Source: the human T2T-CHM13v2.0 reference genome, Homo sapiens
NCBI RefSeq assembly: GCF_009914755.1
Contig: NC_060948.1
DNA length: 64,000 nt
Strand: one strand, 5' to 3'
Below are positions 25,004 through 39,269 of this stretch, in pieces; position 1 is the first letter of the stretch; every line of letters begins with the position of its first letter. The position numbers and the translations under genes were made by a program. The notes below the pieces were generated by a model that was not told the DNA's origin, did no database searches, and worked only from the letters and a program-made list of their open reading frames with translations.

Positions 25004-28000
25004 AAAATAGAATGAAAGAGAATCAAATGGAATTGAATCGAATGGAATCGAATGGATTGGAAAGGAATAGAATGGAATGGAATGGAATGGACTCAAATGG
25101 AATGGACTAGAATGGAATGGATTCGAATGGAAGGCAAAGGAATGGAATCTATTGGAATGGACTGTAATGGAATGGAATGGAAGGGATTGGAATGGACTCG
25201 AATGGAATGGACTGCAATAGAAAGGATTCGAATGGAATGAAAAAGAATTGAATGGAATAGAACAGAATGGAATCAAATCGAATGAAATGGAATGGAATAG
25301 AAAGGAATGGAATGAAATGGAATGGAAAGGATTCGAATGGAATGCAATCGAATGGAATGGAATCGAACGGAATGGAATAAAATGGAAGAAAACTGGCAAG
25401 AAATGGAATCGAAATGAATGGAGTGTTATGGAACGGACTCAAAAGGAATTGAATGTAATAGAATGGAGTGGAGTGGACTCGAATATAATGGACTGGAATG
25501 GAATGAAATCACATGGAATGGGAACGAATGGAATGGAATGGAAAGGAATGGAATCGAATGGAAAGGAATCGAATGGAAGGGAATGAAATTGAATCAACAG
25601 GAATGGAAGGGAATAGAATAGACGGTAATGGAATGGACTCGAATAGAATGGACACGAATGCTCAAATTGAATGGACTCGAATGGAATGGAAACGAAAGGA
25701 ATGTCATCGAATGGAATTGAATCGATTGGAATGAAATCGCATAGAATGGAGTGGAATCAAATGGAATTGAATCGAAAGGAAAGGAAGCGAATGGACTGAA
25801 ATGAAATGGAATGGAATTGAATGGAAAGTAATGCAATGGAATAGAATGGAACTAAATTTCACGGAATGGAATCAAACTGAATGGAATCAAATCAATGGAA
25901 TCAAATCAAATGGAATGGAAAGGAATTGAATGGAGTAGATTGGACTGGATGGGATTGGAATGAAATGTACTGGAAAGGACTCGAATTTCATGAAACGGAA
26001 TGGAATGAATTGGAACGGAATGGACTCGAATGGAATGGAATGTCATGGAATGGCATCAAATGGAATGGCATCAAATGGAATAGAATCGAATGCAATGGAA
26101 TGCTATGGAATGGAATGGAATGCATTGGAATGGAATGTCCTCTAATGGAATGGATTCGAGTGGAATGGAATCGAATATAATGGAGTCGAATGAAATGGAA
26201 TTGAAAGGAATGGGATCGAATACAATGGAATATACTGGAATGTAACGTAATGAACTCGAATGTAATTGACTGGAATGGAATGTACATGAATGGAATGTAA
26301 TCGAATGGAAAGTAATCCAATGGAATAGAATCTAATGCAATAAAATCGACTCAGATAGAGTAGAATGTAATGGAATGGAGTGCAGTGCAATGGAATGGAA
26401 TGGAATGGAATGCAATTGAATGGAATGGAATGGAATGGAATGGAATGGAATGGAATGGGATGGAATGGTATGGAATGGATAGTAATGGACTGGAGTGAAA
26501 TGGACTGGAAAGGAATGGACTCAAATTGAAAGGGCTCGAAAGGAATGGAGTCAAATGGAATGGTCTGGAATGGAATGAACACGAATGTAATGCAATCCAA
26601 AAGAATGGAATCGAATGGCATGGAATATAAAGAAATGGAACCGGAGAGAATGGAAACAAATGGAATGGAATTGAATGGAATGGAATTGAATGGAATGGGA
26701 ACGAATGGAGTGAAATTGTATGCAGTAGAAGGGAATAGAATGGAATGCAAGCGAAAGGAAAGGAATGGATTGGAATGGAATGGAATTCATTGGAATGGAA
26801 GGGAATGTAGTGTAATGGACAGGCCTGGAATAAAGTGGAATGCTACGGTCTCGAATGGAATAAATATGTATGGAATGGAATGCAATGAAATGGAATCGAA
26901 TGTCATAGAATGTAATGGAATGCAACAAAATGGAATCCAAAATCATTGACTGGAAAGGCTGGGTGTCGAAAGGAATTGACTCCAATGGAATGGAATCGAA
27001 TGGAATGGAAGTGAATAGAATCGAACTAAATCGAATGGAATGGAATTGATAGGAACGGAATGGAAAGGAATGCAATGATTTGGCATGGAATGGAATCGAA
27101 TGGCATCGAATGGAATGGAATGGAATGCAATGGAATGGAATGTATTAGAATGTAATGAACTTTAATGGAATGTACTCGAATGGATTCGACTGGAATGGAA
27201 TGTTCTGGAAGTGAATGGACTCCAATGGAATAGATTCCAAAGGAATGGAATCGTACGGAATGGAATCTAATGGAATGGAATTAAATGGAAATGAATCAAA
27301 TTGAATAGCACGGAATTGAATTGAATGGAATGGAATGCAATGGAATCTAATGAAACGGAAAGGAAAGGAATGGAATGGAATGGAATGGGCTGGAATGGAA
27401 AGGAATCGAAACGAATGGAATGGAATCGAACTGAAGAGACTGGAATGGAATGCACTGGAATGGAAGGGAGTGTAATGGAAGGTTCTCGAAAAAAATGGAA
27501 TCGAATGGAATGGAATTGAATGGAACGGAATAGAGTCGAATGGAATTGAATGGAATGGAATGGACTAGAGTGATATGGAATCGAACCACAAGGAATGGAG
27601 AGGAATAGAATGGTCTCGAATTGAATGGAATCGTATGGAGTGGCATCAAACGGAATGGAATGGACAGCCACGGAATAGAATGCACTCGAATGCAATGGAG
27701 TCGAAACTAATGGACTGGAATAGAATGGACTCGACTGGTACGGACTCCAATGGAATGGAATCGAATGGAAGGGAATCGAACGGAATGGACTCGAAGGGAA
27801 AAGACTGCAATGGAAAGGTCTCGAATGGAATGGAAATTAATGGAATGGAATGGAATCGAATGAAATGGAGTCAAAAGGAATGGAATCGAATGGCAACAAA
27901 TCGAATGTAATGGAATCGCAAGGAATTGACGTGAAAGGAACGGAATGGAATGGAATCCAAAGGAATGGAATAGAATGGAATGGAATCGAATGGAAAGGAC

Positions 28001-28567
28001 TCGAATGGAAATCACTCGAATAGAATGCAATTTAATAAAATAGGATCAAATGTAATGGAATGGAATGGAAAGGAATCGAAACGAAAGGAATGGAGACAGA
28101 TGGAATGGAATGGAACAGAGAGCAATGGTGTAGAATGGAATGGAATCATCTGGAATGGAATTGAATGGAATGGAATAATATGAAATGGAATGGAATGGAA
28201 TGGAATGGAATGCCCTTGAATTAAATGGACTGGAATGGAATGGACTCGAACAGAGTGGAATGGAAAGTGTTGAGATAGAATGGAATGGACTCCTTTGGAA
28301 TGGTGTAGTATGCAATGCAATCGACTGGCAGGGAATCAAAAGGAATGTAATGGAATGGACTGGACTGGAATGCAATGGACTCGAATAGATTGGAAACGGA
28401 ATGCAAAGAAATGGAATGGAATAGTATGGAATGGAATGGAAAGGAATGGAGTGGAATAGACTAGAGTGGAATGGAATGGACTGGAAAGCAATGGACTGGA
28501 ATGGAACTTTCTTGAATGGACTGGAATCAAACGGAATGGAATGCAATGCAATCAAATGGCATGGAAT
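25004..28567 (+). repeat. DYZ1 unit 8 (3564 bp; unit-6-like)
   Basis: StuI at 26821. Confidence 0.92.
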
Positions 28568-31500
28568 AAAATAGAATGAAAGAGAATCAAATGGAATTGA
28601 ATCGAATGGAATCGAATGGATTGGAAAGGAATAGAATGGAATGGAATGGAATGGACTCAAATGGAATGGACTAGAATGGAATGGATTCGAATGGAAGGCA
28701 AAGGAATGGAATCTATTGGAATGGACTGTAATGGAATGGAATGGAAGGGATTGGAATGGACTCGAATGGAATGGACTGCAATAGAAAGGATTCGAATGGA
28801 ATGAAAAAGAATTGAATGGAATAGAACAGAATGGAATCAAATCGAATGAAATGGAATGGAATAGAAAGGAATGGAATGAAATGGAATGGAAAGGATTCGA
28901 ATGGAATGCAATCGAATGGAATGGAATCGAACGGAATGGAATAAAATGGAAGAAAACTGGCAAGAAATGGAATCGAAATGAATGGAGTGTTATGGAACGG
29001 ACTCAAAAGGAATTGAATGTAATAGAATGGAGTGGAGTGGACTCGAATATAATGGACTGGAATGGAATGAAATCACATGGAATGGGAACGAATGGAATGG
29101 AATGGAAAGGAATGGAATCGAATGGAAAGGAATCGAATGGAAGGGAATGAAATTGAATCAACAGGAATGGAAGGGAATAGAATAGACGGTAATGGAATGG
29201 ACTCGAATAGAATGGACACGAATGCTCAAATTAAATGGACTCGAATGGAATGGAAACGAAAGGAATGTCATCGAATGGAATTGAATCGATTGGAATGAAA
29301 TCGCATAGAATGGAGTGGAATCAAATGGAATTGAATCGAAAGGAAAGGAAGCGAATGGACTGAAATGAAATGGAATGGAATTGAATGGAAAGTAATGCAA
29401 TGGAATAGAATGGAACGAAATTTCACGGAATGGAATCAAACTGAATGGAATCAAATCAATGGAATCAAATCAAATGGAATGGAAAGGAATTGAATGGAGT
29501 AGATTGGATTGGATGGGATTGGAATGAAATGTACTGGAAAGGACTCGAATTTCATGAAACGGAATGGAATGAATTGGAACGGAATGGACTCGAATGGAAT
29601 GGAATGTCATGGAATGGCATCAAATGGAATGGCATCAAATGGAATGGAATCGAATGCAATGGAATGCTATGGAATGGAATGGAATGCATTGGAATGGAAT
29701 GTCCTCTAATGGAATGGATTCGAGTGGAATGGAATCGAATATAATGGAGTCGAATGAAATGGAATTGAAAGGAATGGGATCGAATAGAATGGAATATACT
29801 GGAATGTAATGTAATGAACTCTAATGTAATTGACTGGAATGGAATGTACATGAATGGAATGTAATCGAATGGAAAGTAATCCAATGGAATAGAATCTAAT
29901 GCAATAAAACCGACTCAGATAGAGTAGAATGTAATGGAATGGAGTGCAGTACAATGGAAGGGAATGGAATTGAATGCAATGGAATGGAATGGAATGGAAT
30001 GGAATGGAATGGAATGGAATGGAATGGGATGGAATGGTATGGAATGGATAGTAATGGACTGGAGTGAAATGGACTGGAAAGGAATGGACTCAAATTGAAA
30101 GGGCTCGAAAGGAATGGAGTCAAATGGAATGGTCTGGAATGGAATGAACACGAATGTAATGCAATCCAATAGAATGGAATCGAATGGCATGGAATATAAA
30201 GAAATGGAATCGAAGAGAATGGAAACAAATGGAATGGAATTGAATGGAATGGAATTGAATGGAATGGGAACGAATGGAGTGAAATTGTATGCAGTAGAAG
30301 GGAATAGAATGGAATGCAAGCGAAAGGAAAGTAATGGATTGGAATGGAATGGAATTCATTGGAATGGAAGGGAATGTAGTGTAATGGACAGGCCTGGAAT
30401 AAAGTGGAATGCTACGGTCTCGAATGGAATAAAAATGTATGGAATGGAATGCAATGAAACGGAATCGAATGTCATAGAATGTAATGGAATGCAAAAAAAT
30501 GGAATCCAAAATCATTGACTGGAAAGGCTGGGTGTCGAAAGGAATTGACTCCAATGGAATGGAATCGAATGGAATGGAAGTGAATAGAATCGAACTAAAT
30601 CGAATGGAATGGAATTGATAGGAACGGAATGGAAAGGAATGCAATGATTTGGCATGGAATGGAATCGAATGGCATCGAATGGAATGGAATGGAATGCAAT
30701 GGAATGGAATGTATTAGAATGTAATGAACTTTAATGGAATGTACTCGAATGGATTCGACTGGAATGGAATGTTCTGGAAGTGAATGGACTCCAATGGAAT
30801 GGATTCAAAAGGAATGGAATCGTACGGAATGGAATCTAATGGAATGGAATTAAATGGAAATGAATCAAATTGAATAGCACGGAATTGAATTGAATGGAAT
30901 GGAATGCAATGGAATCTAATGAAACGGAAAGGAAAGGAATGGAATGGAATGGAATGGACTGGAATGGAAAGGAATCGAAACGAATGGAATGGAATCGAAC
31001 TGAAGAGACTGGAATGGAATGCACTGGAATGGAAGGGAGTGTAATGGAAGGTTCTCGAAAAAAATGGAATCGAATGGAATGGAATTGAATGGAACGGAAT
31101 AGAGTCGAATGGAATTGAATGGAATGGAATGGACTAGAGTGAAATGGAATCGAACCACAAGGAATGGACATGAATAGAATGGTCTCGAATTCAATGGAAT
31201 CGTATGGAATGGCATCAAACGGAATGGAATGGACAGCCACGGAATGGAATGCACTCGAATGCAATGGAGTCGAAACTAATGGACTGGAATAGAATGGACT
31301 CGACTGGTACGGACTCCAATGGAATGGAATCGAATGGAAGGGAATCGAACGGAATGGACTCGAAGGGAAAAGACTGCAATGGAAAGGTCTCGAATGGAAT
31401 GGAAATTAATGGAATGGAATGGAATCGAATGAAATGTAGTCAAAAGGAATGGAATCGTATGGCAAGAAATCGAATGTAATGGAATCACAAGGAATTGATG

Positions 31501-32136
31501 TGAACGGAACGGAATGGAATGGAATCCAAAGGAATGGAATAGAATGGAATGGAATCGAATGGAAAGGACTCGAATGGAAATCACTCGAATAGAATGCAAT
31601 TTAATAAAATAGGATCAAATGTAATGGAATGGAATGAAAAGGAATCGAAACGAAAGGAATGGAGACAGATGGAATGGAATGGAACAGAGAGCAATGGTAT
31701 GGAATGGAATGGAATCATCTGGAATGGAATTGAATGGAATGGAATAATATGAAATGGAATGGAATGGAATGGAATGGAATGCCCTTGAATTAAATGGACT
31801 GGAATGGAATGGACTCGAACAGAGTGGAATGGAAAGTGTTGAGATAGAATGGAATGGACTCCTTTGGAATGGTGTAGTATGCAATGCAATCGACTGGCAG
31901 GGAATCAAAAGGAATGTAATCGAATGGATTGGACTGGAATGCAATGGACTCGAATAGATTGGAAACGGAATGCAAAGGAATGGAATGGAATAGTATGGAA
32001 TGGAATGGAAAGGAATGGAGTGGAATAGACTAGAGTGGAATGGAATGGACTGGAAAGCAATGGACTGGAATGGAACTTTCTTGAATGGACTGGAATCAAA
32101 CGGAATGGAATGCAATGCAATCAAATGGCATGGAAT
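28568..32136 (+). repeat. DYZ1 unit 9 (3569 bp; unit-7-like)
   Basis: StuI at 30390; extra EcoRI at 31187. Confidence 0.92.
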
Positions 32137-35100
32137 AAAATAGAATGAAAGAGAATCAAATGGAATTGAATCGAATGGAATCGAATGGATTGGAAAGGAA
32201 TAGAATGGAATGGAATGGAATTGACTCAAATGGAATGGACTAGAATGGAATGGATTCGAATGGAAGGCAAAGGAATGGAATCTATTGGAATGGACTGTAA
32301 TGGAATGGAATGGAAGGGATTGGAATGGGCTCGAATGGAATGGACTGCAATAGAAAGGATTCGAATGGAATGAAAAAGAATTGAATGGAATAGAACAGAA
32401 TGGAATCAAATCGAATGAAATGGAATGGAATAGAAAGGAATGGAATGAAATGGAATGGAAAGGATTCGAATGGAATGCAATCGAATGGAATGGAATCGAA
32501 CGGAATGGAATAAAATGGAAGAAAACTGGCAAGAAATGGAATCGAAATGAATGGAGTGTTATGGAAGGGAGTCAAAAGGAATTGAATGTAATAGAATGGA
32601 GTGGAGTGGACTCGAATATAATGGACTGGAATGGAATGAAATCACATGGAATGGGAACGAATGGAATGGAATGGAAAGGAATGGAATCGAATGGAAAGGA
32701 ATCGAATGGAAGGGAATGAAATTGAATCAACAGGAATGGAAGGGAATAGAATAGACGGTAATGGAATGGACTCGAATAGAATGGACAGGAATGCTCAAAT
32801 TGAATGGACTCGAATGGAATGGAAACGAAATGAATGTCATCGAATGGAATTGAATCGATTGGAATGAAATCATATAGAATGGAGTGGAATCAAATGGAAT
32901 TGAATCGAAAGGAAAGGAAACAAATGGACTGAAATGAAATGGAATGGAATTGAATGGAAAGTTATGTAATGGAATAGAATGGAACGAAATTTCACGGAAT
33001 GGAATCAAACTGAATGGAATCAAATCAATGGAATCAAATCAAATGGAATGGAAAGGAATTGAATGGAGTAGATTGGATTGGATGGGATTGGAATGAAATG
33101 TACTGGAAAGGAATCGAATTTCTTGAAACGGAATGGAATGAATTGGAACGGAACGGACTCGAATGGAATGGAATGTCATGGAATGGCATCAAATGGAATG
33201 GCATCAAATGGAATGGAATCGAATGCAATGGAATGCTATGGAATGGAATGGAATGCATTGGAATGGAATGTCCTCTAATGGAATGGATTCGAGTGGAATG
33301 GAATCGAATATAATGGAGTCGAATGAAATGGAATTGAAAGGAATGGGATCGAATAGAATGGAATATACTGGAATGTAATGTAATGAACTCGAATGTAATT
33401 GACTGGAATGGAATGTACATGAATGGAAGGTAATCGAATGGAAAGTAATCCAATGGAATAGAATCTAATGCAATAAAACCGACTCAGATAGAGTAGAATG
33501 TAATGGAATGGAGTGCAGTGCAATGGAATGGAATGGAATTGAATGCAATGGAATGGAATGGAATGGAATGGAATGGAATGGAATGGAATGGAATGGAATG
33601 GGATGGAATGGTATGGAATGGATAGAAATGGACTGGAGTGAAATGGACTGGAAAGGAATGGACTCAAATTGAAAGGGCTCGAAAGGAATGGAGTCAAATG
33701 GAATGGTCTGGAATGGAATGAACACGAATGTAATGCAATCCAATAGAATGGAATCGAATGGCATGGAATATAAAGAAATGGATACGAAGAGAATGGAAAC
33801 AAATGGAATGGAATTGAATGGAATGGAATTGAATGGAATGGGAAAGAATGGAGTGAAATTGTATGCAGTAGAAGGGAATAGAATGGAATGCAAGCGAAAG
33901 GAAAGGAATGGATTGGAATGGAATGGAATTCATTGGAATGGAAGGGAATTTAGTGTAATGGACAGGCCTGGAATAAAGTGGAATGCTACGGTCTCGAATG
34001 GAATAAAAATGTATGGAATGGAATGCAATGAAACGGAATCGAATGTCATAGAATGTAATGGAATGCAAAAAAATGGAATCCAAAATCATTGACTGGAAAG
34101 GCTGGGTGTCGAAAGGAATTGACTCCAATGGAATGGAATCGAATGGAATGGAAGTGAATAGAATCGAACTAAATCGAATGGAATGGAATTGATAGGAACG
34201 GAATGGAAAGGAATGCAATGATTTGGCATGGAATGGAATCGAATGGCATCGAATGGAATGGAATGGAATGCAATGGAATGGAATGTATTAGAATGTAATG
34301 AACTTTAATGGAATGTACTCGAATGGATTCGACTGGAATGGAATGTTCTGGAAGTGAATGGACTCCAATGGAATGGATTCAAAAGGAATGGAATCGTACG
34401 GAATGGAATCTAATGGAATGGAATTAAATGGAAATGAATCAAATTGAATAGCACGGAATTGAATTGAATGGAATGGAATGCAATGGAATCTAATGAAACG
34501 GAAAGGAAAGGAATGGAATGGAATGGAATGGGCTGGAATGGAAAGGAATCGAAACGAATGGAATGGAATCGAACTGAAGAGACTGGAATGGAATGCACTG
34601 GAATGGAAGGGAGTGTAATGGAAGGTTCTCGAAAAAAATGGAATCGAATGGAATGGAATTGAATGGAACGGAATAGAGTCGAATGGAATTGAATGGAATG
34701 GAATGGACTAGAGTGAAATGGAATCGAACCACAAGGAATGGAGAGGAATAGAATGGTCTCGAATTGAATGGAATCATATGGAATGGCATCAAACGGAATG
34801 GAATGGACAGCCACGGAATGGAATGCACTCGAATGCAATGGAGTCGAAACTAATGGACTGGAATAGAATGGACTCGACTGGTACGGACTCCAATGGAATG
34901 GAATCGAATGGAAGGGAATCGAACGGAATGGACTCGAAGGGAAAAGACTGCAATGGAAAGGTCTCGAATGGAATGGAAATTAATGGAATGGAATGGAATC
35001 GAATGAAATGTAGTCAAAAGGAATGGAATCGAATGGCAAGAAATCGAATGTAATGGAATCGCAAGGAATTGATGTGAACGGAACGGAATGGAATGGAATC

Positions 35101-35710
35101 CAAAGGAATGGAATAGAATGGAATGGAATCGAATGGAAAGGACTCGAATGGAAATCACTCGAATAGAATGCAATTTAATAAAATAGGATCAAATATAATG
35201 GAATGGAATGGAAAGGAATCGAAACGAAAGGAATGGAGACAGATGGAATGGAATAGAACAGAGAGCAATGGTATAGAATGGAATGGAATCATCTGGAATG
35301 GAATTGAATGGAATGGAATAATATGAAATGGAATGGAATGGAATGGAATGGAATGCCCTTGAATTAAATGGACTGGAATGGAATGGACTCGAACAGAGTG
35401 GAATGGAAAGTGTTGAGATAGAATGGAATGGACTCCTTTGGAATGGTGTAGTATGCAATGCAATCGACTGGCAGGGAATCAAAAGGAATGTAATCGAATG
35501 GATTGGACTGGAATGCAATGGACTCGAATAGATTGGAAACGGGATGCAAAGGAATGGAATGGAATAGTATGGAATGGAATGGAAAGGAATGGAGTGGAAT
35601 AGACTAGAGTGGAATGGAATGGACTGGAAAGCAATGGACTGGAATGGAACTTTCTTGAATGGACTGGAATCAAACGGAATGGAATGCAATGCAATCAAAT
35701 GGCATGGAAT
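32137..35710 (+). repeat. DYZ1 unit 10 (3574 bp; mosaic)
   Basis: StuI at 33964. Confidence 0.92.
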
Positions 35711-38700
35711 AAAATAGAATGAAAGAGAATCAAATGGAATTGAATCGAATGGAATCGAATGGATTGGAAAGGAATAGAATGGAATGGAATGGAATTGACT
35801 CAAATGGAATGGACTAGAATGGAATGGATTCGAATGGAAGGCAAAGGAATGGAATCTATTGGAATGGACTGTAATGGAATGGAATGGAAGGGATTGGAAT
35901 GGACTCGAATGGAATGGACTGCAATAGAAAGGATTCGAATGGAATGAAAAAGAATTGAATGGAATAGAACAGAATGGAATCAAATCGAATGAAATGGAAT
36001 GGAATAGAAAGGAATGGAATGAAATGGAATGGAAAGGATTCGAATGGAATGCAATCGAATGGAATGGAATCGAACGGAATGGAATAAAATGGAAGAAAAC
36101 TGGCAAGAAATGGAATCGAAATGAATGGAGTGTTATGGAACGGACTCAAAAGGAATTGAATGTAATAGAATGGAGTGGAGTGGACTCGAATATAATGGAC
36201 TGGAATGGAATGAAATCACATGGAATGGGAACGAATGGAATGGAATGGAAAGGAATGGAATCGAATGGAAAGGAATCGAATGGAAGGGAATGAAATTGAA
36301 TCAACAGGAATGGAAGGGAATAGAATAGACGGTAATGGAATGGACTCGAATAGAATGGACACGAATGCTCAAATTGAATGGACTCGAATGGAATGGAAAC
36401 GAAAGGAATGTCATCGAATGGAATTGAATCGATTGGAATGAAATCGCACAGAATGGAGTGGAATCAAATGGAATTGAATCGAAAGGAAAGGAAGCGAATG
36501 GACTGAAATGAAATGGAATGGAATTGAATGGAAAGTAATGCAATGGAATAGAATGGAACTAAATTTCACGGAATGGAATCAAACTGAATGGAATCAAATC
36601 AATGGAATCAAATCAAATGGAATGGAAAGGAATTGAATGGAGTAGATTGGATTGGATGGGATTGGAATGAAATGTACTGGAAAGGACTCGAATTTCATGA
36701 AACGGAATGGAATGAATTGGAACGGAATGGACTCGAATGGAATGGAATGTCATGGAATGGCATCAAATGGAATGGCATCAAATGGAATGGAATCGAATGC
36801 AATGGAATGCTATGGAATGGAATGGAATGCATTGGAATGGAATGTCCTCTAATGGAATGGATTCGAGTGGAATGGAATCGAATATAATGGAGTCGAATGA
36901 AATGGAATTGAAAGGAATGGGATCGAATACAATGGAATATACTGGAATGTAATGTAATGAACTCGAATGTAATTGACTGGAATGGAATGTACATGAATGG
37001 AATGTAATCGAATGGAAAGTAATCCAATGGAATAGAATCTAATGCAATAAAATCGACTCAGATAGAGTAGAATGTAATGGAATGGAGTGCAGTGCAATGG
37101 AATGGAATGGAATGGAATGCAATTGAATGGAATGGAATGGAATGGAATGGAATGGAATGGGATGGAATGGTATGGAATGGATAGTAATGGACTGGAGTGA
37201 AATGGACTGGAAAGGAATGGACTCAAATTGAAAGGGCTCGAAAGGAATGGAGTCAAATGGAATGGTCTGGAATGGAATGAACACGAATGTATTGCAATCC
37301 AATAGAATGGAATCGAATGGCATGGAATATAAAGAAATGGAATCGGAGAGAATGGAAACAAATGGAATAGAATTGAATGGAATGGAATTGAATGGAATGG
37401 GAACGAATGGAGTGAAATTGTATGCAGTAGAAGGGAATAGAATGGAATGCAAGCGAAAGGAAAGGAATGGATTGGAATGGAATGGAATTCATTGGAATGG
37501 AAGGGAATGTAGTGTAATGGACAGGCCTGGAATAAAGTGGAATGCTACGGTCTCGAATGGAATAAAAATGTATGGAATGGAATGCAATGAAATGGAATCG
37601 AATGTCATAGAATGTAATGGAATGCAACAAAATGGAATCCAAAATCATTGACTGGAAAGGCTGGGTGTCGAAAGGAATTGACTCCAATGGAATGGAATCG
37701 AATGGAATGGAAGTGAATAGAATCGAACTAAATCGAATGGAATGGAATTGATAGGAACGGAATGGAAAGGAATGCAATGATTTGGCATGGAATGGAATCG
37801 AATGGCATCGAATGGAATGGAATGGAATGCAATGGAATGGAATGTATTAGAATGTAATGAACTTTAATGGAATGTACTCGAATGGATTCGACTGGAATGG
37901 AATGTTCTGGAAGTGAATGGACTCCAATGGAATGGATTCAAAAGGAATGGAATCGTACGGAATGGAATCTAATGGAATGGAATTAAATGGAAATGAATCA
38001 AATTGAATAGCACGGAATTGAATTGAATGGAATGGAATGCAATGGAATCTAATGAAACGGAAAGGAAAGGAATGGAATGGAATGGAATGGGCTGGAATGG
38101 AAAGGAATCGAAACGAATGGAATGGAATCGAACTGAAGAGACTGGAATGGAATGCACTGGAATGGAAGGGAGTGTAATGGAAGGTTCTCGAAAAAAATGG
38201 AATCGAATGGAATGGAATTGAATGGAACGGAATAGAGTCGAATGGAATTGAATGGAATGGAATGGACTAGAGTGAAATGGAATCGAACCACAAGGAATGG
38301 AGAGGAATAGAATGGTCTCGAATTGAATGGAATCATATGGAATGGCATCAAACGGAATGGAATGGACAGCCACGGAATGGAATGCACTCGAATGCAATGG
38401 AGTCGAAACTAATGGACTGGAATAGAATGGACTCGACTGGTACGGACTCCAATGGAATGGAATCGAATGGAAGGGAATCGAACGGAATGGACTCGAAGGG
38501 AAAAGACTGCAATGGAAAGGTCTCGAATGGAATGGAAATTAATGGAATGGAATGGAATCGAATGAAATGGAGTCAAAAGGAATGGAATCGAATGGCAAGA
38601 AATCGAATGTAATGGAATCGCAAGGAATTGATGTGAACGGAACGGAATGGAATGGAATCCAAAGGAATGGAATAGAATGGAATGGAATCGAATGGAAAGG

Positions 38701-39269
38701 ACTCGAATGGAAATCACTCGAATAGAATGCAATTTAATAAAATAGGATCAAATGTAATGGAATGGAATGGAAAGGAATCGAAACGAAAGGAATGGAGACA
38801 GATGGAATGGAATGGAACAGAGAGCAATGGTATAGAATGGAATGGAATCATCTGGAATGGAATTGAATGGAATGGAATAATATGAAATGGAATGGAATGG
38901 AATGGAATGGAATGCCCTTGAATTAAATGGACTGGAATGGAATGGACTCGAACAGAGTGGAATGGAAAGTGTTGAGATAGAATGGAATGGACTCCTTTGG
39001 AATGGTGTAGTATGCAATGCAATCGACTGGCAGGGAATCAAAAGGAATGTAATCGAATGGATTGGACTGGAATGCAATGGACTCGAATAGATTGGAAACG
39101 GAATGCAAAGGAATGGAATGGAATAGTATGGAATGGAATGGAAAGGAATGGAGTGGAATAGACTAGAGTGGAATGGAATGGACTGGAAAGCAATGGACTG
39201 GAATGGAACTTTCTTGAATGGACTGGAATCAAACGGAATGGAATGCAATGCAATCAAATGGCATGGAAT
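35711..39269 (+). repeat. DYZ1 unit 11 (3559 bp)
   Basis: StuI at 37523. Confidence 0.92.
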
